In this document: piece after piece, positions 20,235 through 30,647 of the stretch
Layout of the letters: each line of letters begins with the position of its first letter
How positions within the stretch are numbered: position 1 is the first letter of the stretch
Source of the DNA: an uncultured Ignavibacteriaceae bacterium
GTDB lineage: Bacteria; Bacteroidota; Ignavibacteria; Ignavibacteriales; Ignavibacteriaceae
Assembly: GCA_963790385.1 (NCBI GenBank)
Contig: CAWBOG010000004.1
Location: forward strand, 11,945 to 75,944
DNA length: 64,000 nucleotides
Direction: 5' to 3'
Made by a program: the position numbers and the translations under genes
The notes under the pieces: generated by a model
Told to the model about the DNA's origin: nothing
Database searches by the model: none
Seen by the model: the letters and a program-made list of their open reading frames with translations, nothing else

Positions 20235-22702
20235 CAATTCCTGCTGACAATAAATTTATAAAAAGTTTGTACGCACCCTCAACACCTTCTGGTAATTGTC
20301 GAAAAAATGAAATACCTGTGTAAATGAAGATTCCCTGACCATATTTTGCTATCAAGAGTGAGCCGTCTTTTGGTGTTTCGCCTGTGTCATTCATTTCAAG
20401 CAAGGGGATAAATTTATCATCCCATTCATTCGGGAAATATAAACCACGTTCTTGAACCCATCCATTGAACTCACCCAACGTTATTTTATAAGGATAGTTC
20501 ATTATTTTATTTTCAGAATCCAATATTACAACCGGAGAATCTTCTTCGGTTACACGATCTCTTGAAATCTTGAGGGAGTAAGGGGATGGGTCCGCAACTA
20601 AATCTCCCAAAGTATTGTATTGCACAATTAAAGTTCCACCATTTTCAACATAGTCTAAAATATTTTTTTGATCAGTTTTAAGCCGTTGATTAGTGTTGTA
20701 AGCACGAATACCAGCAATTACTACATCATAATTTTGCAGGAGTTCAGTGGTCAATGGTTCAGATGTGTAAATATCAACTGAAAAACCTAAGTCAATTAAT
20801 AATTCTGGAATTTTATCTCCTGAGCCCATTATATAAGCAATCTTTTTTATGGTCTTTTTTTGAAAATCAAGTTTAAGAATTTTCGATTCTGCATTAAATA
20901 ATACAGTTTGTGGTTGAATATGGGGGTAATCAATCGTTACAAGACTTTTGAATATTTTCTTTCCATCAACATCCAGTTCTGCTTTTATCAATACAGATGG
21001 ATTGTTGTTAGTTGAGTTTATTCTAAATTTAAATTCTTGCTCCTGTCCTTTATCTGAAAAACTAAATTCATAATTTGCTGGCGAAATATTCCATCCTTCA
21101 GCAGTTGATAATTTTATTGAACCGGTTAGGATTCCTTTTATACTTCTAACGAAAACATTTATTTCTTTCTCATCATTATTCTTTACGAGGTATAAACTTT
21201 TATCAAAATTCACTACAGCTTCGGGAACAATTTCAATCCCTTTGTAAACTTCTCCGTTCACTGGGTCGTTATCCCTATAAAATACCGGGATATTGAAAAT
21301 AATTTCGGTTCCATAGATTTCGGTAATAAATTTTGTATAAAGTGGGTAATCTGTTTTTGGCTGTCCTATAAGATTTTGATCTTCAACTATGTAAATATCT
21401 TTGTGATTTCCTTCTTCAAGCCAGTATGGCTGGCTATAATTTGCATCTTCCGGTATTAAAATTGTTCTTTCAACCGAAACCATTTCTCCTTGAACCAAGA
21501 TTTGAATTCAGAGTTGAATCGCTTTGCTGATAATCAACCTGAACCGATTTTAGAATTATTGGAATATCAGTACGAACAACAAAACCTGTAGTAATTTTTG
21601 TCTTGCTTCCAGGTGAAAGAAGATTTTCATCTGTGACTGCTTCAGCCCAAATGCCTGCACAAGATTTTATCACGTTGATCAATTCTTTTGATTTTATTCC
21701 CACCCAATACTTATCGTCAAGTTTTTGTAATTCGAAATATGCATCTGTCAGAAGGGGTAGAATAGTTGAAGGATTTTCAAAATCAAATTCTTCTTCAGCT
21801 TTATTCAGTAGTTCAGAAACTTTCTGACTTCCTTTAACTCTGTTCCAGCTAAGATCAATATCATCGAATAAATTATGATTTGCAGGTTCACCCTCGAGCA
21901 GAAGGAAATAGTTGTAAATATTTTCCCTTCTTCCTGATGCACCAAAACCCTGACTCTTATGCATTGTTCTGCTCTCAGCAGAAATCTCAGTGTACGATCT
22001 GCCAAGCAAATTGTTGTAATCACCTAAATTAATTTTGATTAAAGTATCGGGGTTAATTCCCATTGTATTAAGTGCTGGAGGCCAGGCATTCCAGAAAATT
22101 CTCTTTGCCTGCCAGGGCTGAACATATTTTAATTGTTCGGCGAATGCGTTTGCGTCACTTGATAGATTGAATGCTTCGATCGCAAGCAATGCAGAAGCAG
22201 TATGATGACCGTGAGTTCCAAGACCATCGGGGGGAAATCTAGTAACTATCACGTCTGGTTTAAATTTTCGGATTACCCAAACTATATCCGAAAGAATTTT
22301 TTCTTTTCCCCATTTCTCTAACGTCTCATCAGGAGTTTTTGAATAGCCAAAATCAACTGCTCGGGTAAAAAATTGTTCGGCTCCATCTATATTCCTTGCT
22401 TGAAGAAGTTCCTGTGTACGGATTACACCAAGAAGATCACCTTGTTCATCACCTATTAAATTTTGTCCGCCATCGCCTCTTGTAAGAGCAAGATATCCTG
22501 TCCGTAAATGTTCAGCATAGTTATAGTAAGCCAGAAATGCAGTGTTTTCATCATCAGGGTGGGCAGCTATATACAGAACCGAACCAAGTATATTTAATCT
22601 TTGTAATGCAATTTTTATTTCAGAGGAATTAAGTGATTCAACTGGTTGACAAAAAAGTATCGAGGAAGTAACTATTAGAAGGAGTAAAATTTTTTTGAGC
22701 AT
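20227..22702 (-). pseudogene. large PIG-L/LmbE family deacetylase (about 825 aa), one frame break near 21480
   Basis: ORF 21470..22702 has a signal peptide and the LmbE motif (AAHPDDEN...TRGDGGQN...HGHH). ORF 20227..21498 continues collinearly; deleting one base in cttggtt restores ..NSNLVQGEMVSV... Confidence 0.75.
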
Positions 22703-22870
22703 ATCAGGTTCTTCTTTTGAGTTAAATTATTATGATGTAAATATTGTATTCTTTGAGATAAACCAATGTAAAAATTTTTCAGAGGTATTTTAAGATAACA
22801 AAATGAAAGCAAAAAAATCCTATAATTTCTTATATTTACACATTATTATAGTAATTAATTACGTAGAGTT

Positions 22871-23683
22871 ATGATCGATATAAAAAATGTTAAGATCGGG
22901 TCAAATCTTCCGTTCGTTCTTATTGCCGGACCTTGTATAGTTGAGAACGAAAAAATTACTTTTAACACTGCCGAACAAATAAAAAAAATAACTACTAAAC
23001 TTGGCATCCAGTTTATATTCAAATCTAGTTATAAAAAAGCAAACCGGACGAGCCTAAAATCATTTAAAGGTATCGGTGATTCCGAAGCCATAAAAATTTT
23101 GAGCAAAGTTAAAAAGGACTTTGACCTGCCACTTTTAACAGATGTTCATTCGATTGAAGAAATTTCAATGCTTTCAGAATCTGTTGATGTTCTTCAGATA
23201 CCAGCATTCTTATGTCGACAAACTGAATTACTAATTGCGGCAGGTGAAACCGGAAAAGCAATTAATGTTAAGAAAGGTCAGTTTCTTGCGCCGGAAGATA
23301 TGAAACATGCGATTGAGAAAATTGAATCTACTGGAAATAAAAAAATACTGCTTACAGAACGAGGTTCAACATTTGGATATCATAACCTTGTTGTTGATAT
23401 GAGATCGCTCGTTATTATGAAAGAGTTTGGTTACCCCATTGTAATGGATGCAACACACTCTGTTCAGCTACCCGGAATTGGCGGTAAAACAGGTGGGCAA
23501 CCAAAGTTTATTAAACCACTTGCTAAAGCAGCAGCAGCTATTGGAATAGATGCTCTTTTTTTGGAAGTTCATCCTGATCCTGTTAATGCTTTGAGTGATG
23601 CCGAGAGTCAATTGCCATTAGGTGAGTTGGAGAAGCTGTTAATTGAAATTCAACAAATCGACACTCTTGTTAAAAAGTTGTAA
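22871..23683 (+). CDS. kdsA: 3-deoxy-8-phosphooctulonate (KDO8P) synthase
   Basis: 270 aa with family-typical blocks (FKSSYKKANRTS, QIPAFLCRQTELL, ERGSTFGY, DATHSVQLPG). Heads the kds/lpt operon. Confidence 0.85.
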   Translation: MIDIKNVKIGSNLPFVLIAGPCIVENEKITFNTAEQIKKITTKLGIQFIFKSSYKKANRTSLKSFKGIGDSEAIKILSKVKKDFDLPLLTDVHSIEEISMLSESVDVLQIPAFLCRQTELLIAAGETGKAINVKKGQFLAPEDMKHAIEKIESTGNKKILLTERGSTFGYHNLVVDMRSLVIMKEFGYPIVMDATHSVQLPGIGGKTGGQPKFIKPLAKAAAAIGIDALFLEVHPDPVNALSDAESQLPLGELEKLLIEIQQIDTLVKKL

Positions 23684-23724
23684 TCACAAATTCAATTCTT
23701 TAATAATATTGAAGAGGAATAAAT

Positions 23725-24702
23725 TTGACTGATAATGAAATAATAAAAACTGGTAAGAATGTAATTCGAATTGAAGCCGATGCGATTGCACATCTTGAAG
23801 AAAGCATAAATAAAGATTTTGTTGAAGCAGTTGAAACAATTTATAAAGCCAATGGTAGAGTTGTATTGACTGGAATGGGTAAGTCAGGATTAATAGCACG
23901 CAAAGTTGTTGCTACATTAAACTCAACCGGTACTGCAGCAATATATATGCATCCAACTGATGCACTTCACGGGGATCTTGGAATGGTACGGAAAGAAGAC
24001 GTTGTAATAATTATTTCCAAGAGTGGAGCAACTGATGAAATTTCAAAACTCCTTCCAATGTTTAAAAGATTGGGTGTGAAATTAATTGCTATGTCGGGTA
24101 ATCCCGATTCATCGTTGGTAAAAGAGAGTGATATTTTTCTTAACATAAGTGTTAAGGAAGAAGCCTGTCCTCACGATCTTGCACCAACTTCATCAACAAC
24201 TGCAACTGCAGTGATGGGGGATGCACTTTCAGTTGCATTACTAAAAAAAAGAGGATTCACAGCAGAAGACTTTGCACTACTTCATCCCGGTGGAAGTCTT
24301 GGTAAAAGGCTTTCACTTAAAATTGAAGAGATAATGACTAAGGGCGATGGAGTACCGATTGTTCATGAAAATTCTTCTATTAAAGATATCATTTTGGAAA
24401 TGACCAGTAAAAGATTAGGCACAACTTGCGTAGTGAATAAAGCAGGAAAGTTAGCAGGTGTAATAACCGATGGAGATTTAAGAAGACTTCTTGAGAAAAC
24501 TATGGATGTAAAAAATCTTGTTGCCACAGATATAATGTCAAAAAATCCAAAAGTAACAGATAAAGATTACCTTGCTTCATTTGCACTTCAGATAATGGAA
24601 AGTCACAAAATCACATCTCTGATTGTTGCTGACCAAGAAAAAAAACCAATCGGCATTTTACATCTGCATGATCTTCTTAAACTCGGACTTCAGAGAAGAT
24701 GA
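23725..24702 (+). CDS. kdsD: arabinose-5-phosphate isomerase (SIS + tandem CBS domains)
   Basis: 325 aa with the SIS motif VLTGMGKSG and two C-terminal CBS domains. TTG start in the track; its stop overlaps the next start. Confidence 0.85.
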   Translation: MTDNEIIKTGKNVIRIEADAIAHLEESINKDFVEAVETIYKANGRVVLTGMGKSGLIARKVVATLNSTGTAAIYMHPTDALHGDLGMVRKEDVVIIISKSGATDEISKLLPMFKRLGVKLIAMSGNPDSSLVKESDIFLNISVKEEACPHDLAPTSSTTATAVMGDALSVALLKKRGFTAEDFALLHPGGSLGKRLSLKIEEIMTKGDGVPIVHENSSIKDIILEMTSKRLGTTCVVNKAGKLAGVITDGDLRRLLEKTMDVKNLVATDIMSKNPKVTDKDYLASFALQIMESHKITSLIVADQEKKPIGILHLHDLLKLGLQRR

Positions 24703-25235
24703 AATATCTCTTATCTGCTTTCCTTATATTACTACTAATTAATTGTGCTGGTAAAGATGTAAAACCAAAAGTAGATTCTTCTTTTATTGTTGAAGAATTA
24801 CCTGCACAAGAAAGCTGGAACTCAAAAATATTTTTTACTGACTCAGGTAAAACAAAGGCAATACTTTACACAGGTCATTTGCAGGTTTTCAACAATAGGA
24901 AGGAAACAATACTGGAAGATGGAGTCAAAGTTGAATTTTTTAACTCATTCGAGATAAAAACAACAACACTTACTTCAAAAAGAGGTAGAGTTGATGAGAA
25001 AACTAATGATCTTTATGCAATTGACAGTGTAGTTGCAGTTAATGATAGTGGGATTGTAGTAAAAACTGATGAGCTCAAATGGCGGGACAAAGATAAAAAA
25101 ATATTTTCTGATAAATTTGTTATCATCGACTCACCTGATGAACATATTGAAGGTTACGGATTTGAGTCTGACCAACATCTTAGAAATTATGTTATTTATA
25201 ACATCACTTATATCACCAAAGCAAAAAAAGAGTGA
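24699..25235 (+). CDS. lptC: LptC-like LPS export protein (lipoprotein-type signal)
   Basis: 178 aa with LLLINCAG lipobox-like N-terminus. The assignment rests on position between kdsD and the OstA-like gene and on size typical of LptC; start and stop codons overlap both neighbours. Confidence 0.55.
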   Translation: MKYLLSAFLILLLINCAGKDVKPKVDSSFIVEELPAQESWNSKIFFTDSGKTKAILYTGHLQVFNNRKETILEDGVKVEFFNSFEIKTTTLTSKRGRVDEKTNDLYAIDSVVAVNDSGIVVKTDELKWRDKDKKIFSDKFVIIDSPDEHIEGYGFESDQHLRNYVIYNITYITKAKKE

Positions 25236-26629
25236 TGATTAGAGTTTCACTTCTACTAATTTATATTTTCATCATCAGCACTTTGCTTTATTCACAGAGT
25301 GAAGATGAAAGAATTACAGTAATTGGTGACAGCCTTGTTGGGAAAGTTGTAGATGGTGAATCCATTCGGGAAGTTATCGGTAATGTAAGATTGAAACAGG
25401 GTAATGTCACTGTAACTTGCTCCAAAGCAATTCAATATTTGGCTCGAAATGAAGCTGAGTTGATTGGAAATGTAATTGCAAAGCAAGATAGTCTTACTCT
25501 AAAAACAGAAAGGGGTTTTTATTACGGCAACTTAAAAAAAACTAAAAGCACTGCCGGAATTGTTTTGGACGACACGAAAGTCATACTCACAGCAGATAGT
25601 GGTGAGTATTTCTTCGACGAAGCTCTAGCTTTCTTTCAAACAAATGTTAAGCTAGTAGATTCTATCACAACATTAATTTCTGATGAACTGACTTATTATC
25701 AAAACCTGGATAAATCGGTTGCAGTAGGTAATGTTAATATTGATGATGGATTGAATGTAATTTATGCTGACACTCTTACTCATCTTAGAAAGAGAATGTT
25801 TAGTATAGCTGATGGTAATGTCAGTATAAAAAATATCAGAGATAATTTAACAATCTTTGGTGACCATCTTGAGGATGATGGTGAATTGAAATATACTCTT
25901 ATCAATAAAAATCCGGTATTAATACAGATTGATACTTCAGTAACTCGTGATGATAGTTTACGGGTTATTGTTTCAATTGATACGCTTATGATAAAAAGTA
26001 TAGTCATGGAAAGTTTTCGCAGCGGAACGAATGTCTTTAAAGCGACTGATTCTGTAAAAATATTAAGAGGAGGTTTTGCATCAGTCAACGATCTTACTAC
26101 TTATTATCGTGATCAGGAGAAAATTATTACAGATAAAATTAATGAAAGTGCACCCCGACCTGTTTTGTGGTATGAAAATTCTCAGTTAACCGGAGATTCG
26201 ATTACAATCTTTCTCGAAGATGGTCAGATAAAAAATCTTACAGTTAGTAACAATTCTTTTATGTTATCACAGAACAAAATGTATTTACAACGGTTTGATC
26301 AGACATCTTCTGATAGTGTACATCTTTATTTTTTAGAAAACCGATTGCAACGAGCTGAGTTTGCCGGAAAAGTTCAATCAATATATTTTTTGTTGGATGA
26401 TGATGTTCCGAATGGACTGGTTAAATCAACCGCACATCAGGCGGTTATAGTCTTTAAGGATAATCAAATTGATCAGGTAAGATTGTATGGTTCGCCAACA
26501 AGTGAATATTATCCCGAATCAAAAGTAGAAGGCTTAGAAAGAACATTTACTTTACCTAAATTTGTTTTGAAGGAAAATCGTCCACTAAAAAAAGATTTTT
26601 TAATGATGATGCAAGAAGAGAATGAGTAA
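25232..26629 (+). CDS. OstA/LptA-like periplasmic LPS transport protein (long form)
   Basis: 465 aa with a signal peptide and repeated beta-jellyroll-like segments (..GNV.L.QGN..v.C..A...). Lies immediately upstream of lptB and overlaps it. Confidence 0.5.
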   Translation: MMIRVSLLLIYIFIISTLLYSQSEDERITVIGDSLVGKVVDGESIREVIGNVRLKQGNVTVTCSKAIQYLARNEAELIGNVIAKQDSLTLKTERGFYYGNLKKTKSTAGIVLDDTKVILTADSGEYFFDEALAFFQTNVKLVDSITTLISDELTYYQNLDKSVAVGNVNIDDGLNVIYADTLTHLRKRMFSIADGNVSIKNIRDNLTIFGDHLEDDGELKYTLINKNPVLIQIDTSVTRDDSLRVIVSIDTLMIKSIVMESFRSGTNVFKATDSVKILRGGFASVNDLTTYYRDQEKIITDKINESAPRPVLWYENSQLTGDSITIFLEDGQIKNLTVSNNSFMLSQNKMYLQRFDQTSSDSVHLYFLENRLQRAEFAGKVQSIYFLLDDDVPNGLVKSTAHQAVIVFKDNQIDQVRLYGSPTSEYYPESKVEGLERTFTLPKFVLKENRPLKKDFLMMMQEENE

Positions 26630-27359
26630 TACTCTAAGAAGCGATTCGCTTGTAAAAATTTACAAAAAAAGAAAAGTTGTTAACAAAGCTTCCGTGCAAG
26701 TTTCAAAGGGAGAAATTGTCGGGCTGCTTGGCCCAAATGGTGCCGGCAAAACAACGACATTTTATATGATTACTGGTATGATAAAACCAGACGCCGGTAA
26801 AGTTTTTCTTGATGATGATGAAATAACAAAAATTCCAATGTACAAACGTGCACGTATGGGCATTGGATATCTGCCACAGGAAGCTTCGATTTTCAGAAGA
26901 CTCACCGTGGAAGAAAATATTCTTGCAGTTCTAGAAATGACAAATCTTAATAAAGAAGCTCGCAAAAAAAAATGTGATTCTCTTTTGGATGAATTATCAA
27001 TAAACAATATCAGGAAAAGTAAAGGGTTTCAATTAAGTGGGGGAGAGAGAAGAAGGACAGAAATTGCACGTGCTCTGGCAACTGATCCGAGTTTTATTTT
27101 ATTGGATGAACCATTTGCCGGAATTGATCCGATTGCGGTTGAAGATATTATGAACATCGTTGCAAATCTGAAGAACAGGGGAATTGGAATTCTTATCACG
27201 GATCATAATGTTCACGAGACTTTGAGTATAGTTGATAAAGCTTACATATTAATCGATGGAGTGATTTTCAAACAAGGTGGCGCTGATGACCTTGCAAATG
27301 ATGAGGAAGTTAAGAAATTGTATCTCGGTGAAAAATTCAGACTTGATAGGTATTCCTGA
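26622..27359 (+). CDS. lptB: LPS export ABC transporter ATP-binding protein
   Basis: Walker A GPNGAGKTT, signature LSGGERRR, Walker B ILLDEPFAGIDP, H-loop; 245 aa. Confidence 0.85.
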   Translation: MSNTLRSDSLVKIYKKRKVVNKASVQVSKGEIVGLLGPNGAGKTTTFYMITGMIKPDAGKVFLDDDEITKIPMYKRARMGIGYLPQEASIFRRLTVEENILAVLEMTNLNKEARKKKCDSLLDELSINNIRKSKGFQLSGGERRRTEIARALATDPSFILLDEPFAGIDPIAVEDIMNIVANLKNRGIGILITDHNVHETLSIVDKAYILIDGVIFKQGGADDLANDEEVKKLYLGEKFRLDRYS

Positions 27360-28081
27360 ACCTGTCAAATAATTTATCTGCCTCACTCAGGTTTTCAATC
27401 TTTCCTAAATCCATCCATTCATCTTTATCGTGATTGTAACCAACTATTTTTTCCTTTTTCGCAGCAGAGAGATAAAGTTGAACAAGGGAGAAAACATCTG
27501 TGTCAGGAAAGTATTCGAATATTTTCGGAGAGATCATTTGAATTCCGCTGAATGCATAAGAATTAAGTTCATTCTCACTAGATCTTGAAATAATCCGTTC
27601 ACCTGTATTTTCATTCATCCAACCGCACAGGATCATATTTTTATCAAACAAAAATCTTCGAGAGGACTTTCTATCCTGAACGGCAAGAGTTGCAACTGAT
27701 GAAGACGAAAGATGAAATTCCATAAATTTTTTCAGATTGATGTTTGAAAGAATATCAACATTATAAACCAGAAATGGCTCCCCATCAGAAAAAAAATGAG
27801 CAGCTTTCTTCAAACCTCCGCCGGTGTCGAGAATTTTTTCGCTTTCATCGGATATCTCAATTAAACAATTGAAAAAATTATTTTGCTCCAGATATTTTTT
27901 GATTAAATCACTGAAATGATGAACATTTACAATTATTTCTTCAAATCCCTTCAGCCTTAAGTTTTTTGATTTGCAGTTCCAGCAGAGTATGATTCTTAAT
28001 TTTAATTAGTGCCTTTGGAATTGTATCGGTAAGTGGTTTTAGCCTCGTTCCCAATCCGGCTGCAAGAATCATCGCACGCAT
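27337..28081 (-). pseudogene. MurU-like sugar-1-phosphate nucleotidyltransferase, one frame break near 27940
   Basis: Reverse strand from ATG at 28081 reads [28 protein letters not shown]... (nucleotidyltransferase G-loop), then stops. It continues in another frame (..EEIIVNVHHFSDLIKKYL..ILDTGGGLKKAAHFF) into ORF 27337..27813. Confidence 0.7.
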
Positions 28082-29533
28082 TAGAATAAATCCTCTTTAC
28101 TAATATTGGTATGATTTACAGAGACTAAAACATCAAATTTATCTTTTATATGTTTCGCAAGATTCTCTGCACAATAAACAGAACGATGCTGTCCGCCGGT
28201 ACAGCCGAAGTTTATCATCAGGTTCTTAAAATTTCTCTCGCGGTACTTCTGGATAGATTCATCAACGATTGAATAAACAGAATTCAGAAATTCTTTTACA
28301 TCATTTCGATCTTTTAAGAATCGAATTACGTTTTCATCCAATCCAGTGTTTTGACATATATTCAGTAAATCTACCCGGATTTTCAAGTGATCTGCAATCG
28401 AAAACAAATCCTCCTCCATTTCCTGATAAATCTGTTGGTATTCCTTCCTTGTATGAAAAACTATTGATGGAAACTTTTAATTTTTCGGATGAGGATTTTA
28501 GATTGAGATTTTTTAATTCTTCATTTTCTAGAATGGAGACCATTGCACGATTTAATTCAGGAAGTTTTTTTGGTAAATGATTATTCTCTAAAAGCCAATG
28601 CAGATTATTCAATGCGTAAGGAATGCTCAGCAAAAAATGTGATTTGTTCTCAAAATAACCTCTGTATCCGTATGCACCAAGTGTCTGCAACAATCTGATC
28701 AACACATAATTATAATAATGTTTAAGAAATGTTTGACGATTTACTTTTGAATTATTACGAAGTTCATTTAAATAAAATTCGAGCAGCCTATTTCTAATCT
28801 CTGGAGATAAATTAATTTTGGCTTGAAAAAGTAATGATGCCACATCATATTGCAATGCGCCTTTTCTTCCTCCCTGGTAATCAATAAAGTATAGTTGATC
28901 ATTTTTGATTAAAATATTTCTCGATTGAAAGTCCCGGTACATAAAATATTTGGTATCTGTTGATAGAAGCAGTTTTGCAAATGAGTTGAAATCATCTTCC
29001 AGTTTCTGCTCATCGAATGGAATTTTAGCCAGCTTGAGAAAATAGTATTTGAAGTAATTAAGATCCCATACTATTGATTGCCTGTCAAATTTATCTCGTG
29101 GATAACAGACCGAATAATCTAATCCCTTTCCGCCAACTAATTGAAATCGAACTAAATGACTTAACGATTTTTCATAGTATTTCAGCATCTTCTCTGAAAT
29201 TGAACCTATTTTATTCTCCTTTTCAATCAGCGAATAGAGAGTTGTATTGCCGAGATCTTCGAGTAAATAGATATTATCTTTTAATTGATGCGAGTAAATG
29301 CGGGGAACATTCAATTCTTTTTTGATAAAATGTTTTGTGAATGAAATGAAAGCTGCGTTTTCTTTTTTATCAGGATTGAAAACTCCTATTGCCGTTTTTT
29401 CTTTACCTGTTAGTCTGAAATATTTTCTGTTCGAACCAGACTGAGCTATTTGATTTATTTGTACAGCTTCTTCCTTTGCCCAACCTTCATAAAGTTTATA
29501 TAATTGAGTAGTTATTTTGTTCATCTTATGCAA
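28081..29533 (-). pseudogene. APH/AmgK-like sugar kinase fused to a RapZ C-terminal domain, one frame break near 28340-28420
   Basis: ORF 28334..29533 has an APH-fold kinase (..HRDFQSRNILI..IDYQGG..). It then reads LKVSINSFSYKEGIPTD..FVFDCRSLENPGR. ORF 28081..28419 continues with TGLDENVIRFL...INFGCTGGQHRSVYCAENLA, which aligns by eye with E. coli RapZ residues ~165-280. Confidence 0.7.
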
Positions 29534-29616
29534 TAAATTTTATTATTTCAAGAAAGAAAATCACTATTAGAAATATTGATGTTACAAAAGTAAGAAAAAA
29601 TTAGAGAGGAATTATT

Positions 29617-30573
29617 TTACCAATTCCCGTCAGGTCCGCCGTAAGAACCCTGATCATTTCTTGAACCATCCGTATCATTGAATTCTGGTGAAGGATTACC
29701 GGCGTCTTTGCAAGGAGAGTTTGTTTGTAAATGAAAGTCAGTTGATGAAATAAATAATGGATTTAAACTATCAGGTTCTAAATAATTATATTGTTGGACG
29801 ATATTTGTACTGTCACCTGAAACAAGATACACAGTAGGATTAGCTCGATACGAAAAATTATTATAAAATATATTGTTTTGAATATCTTCGGATATTGGAT
29901 CGACAAGAGTAATAGCACCACCAAAATTAAGGCAGAAGTTACTGTAAAATGTGTTATTGATAATTTTGTTAGAAGAATTTTGAGAAAGTATAGCTCCACC
30001 ATAGTCCAGACACTCGTTGTCGTCAAAAATGTTGTTCGAGATTTCTGAATTACAAAAAGAAATTGCCAACGCTCCTCCATTTTTTGCATAGTTATAATTG
30101 AAGTAGCAATTCTTTACAACCAGGTTTGCGTTTGAAATGTCCACACCACCATAGTCAATGTCACTTCCAATCGGAAGAAATACTTCCAGGATGTTACAGA
30201 ATTTAAATATTAAGCTGTCAGTTGGATTATCTGAATGAATTCCTTCCCACGCATTTCCGAATCCCTGAAAAACTATTGGCATTTCTTTTGTACCAATTGC
30301 CCGTAATCCTCCATCAATATAAAATCCAGCGTTTGCCTTAAAGAAAATCAAGGTACCGGATTCGATTGTTAAATTATTTCCAGCGGGAATTAAAATATTT
30401 TCTGAAGCATAATAAGGTGATTTACTTTTTAAAAGAGTTCCTGAGATTTCACCTGAAATTGTAGTGAAAACTCCTCCTAATCCCGGATCGTTTGGATCAG
30501 TAAAAAGTGATCTGTCGGAACATCCTGACAAAAGCAGTGCTATAATTATTATTTTTAAATGTTTTGACTTCAA
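29617..30573 (-). CDS. lipoprotein with right-handed parallel beta-helix repeats
   Basis: 318 aa with LLLSGCS lipobox. Repeated N(N/C)xFxxNxxxxxGGA(I/L) beta-helix rungs. Confidence 0.65.
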   Translation of the reverse strand: MKSKHLKIIIIALLLSGCSDRSLFTDPNDPGLGGVFTTISGEISGTLLKSKSPYYASENILIPAGNNLTIESGTLIFFKANAGFYIDGGLRAIGTKEMPIVFQGFGNAWEGIHSDNPTDSLIFKFCNILEVFLPIGSDIDYGGVDISNANLVVKNCYFNYNYAKNGGALAISFCNSEISNNIFDDNECLDYGGAILSQNSSNKIINNTFYSNFCLNFGGAITLVDPISEDIQNNIFYNNFSYRANPTVYLVSGDSTNIVQQYNYLEPDSLNPLFISSTDFHLQTNSPCKDAGNPSPEFNDTDGSRNDQGSYGGPDGNW

Positions 30574-30647
30574 TTATTTTATAAATTTATACGAACAAGA
30601 ATAAAATATTATTATGACAAATATCTATCTATTCTATTAAAATTTAT

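Noticed and set aside
23684-23899. Minus-strand 71-aa ORF between kdsA and kdsD
   Set aside because: It is antisense to the kdsD N-terminus (SIS domain), and its L/Q/H-rich translation does not look protein-like.
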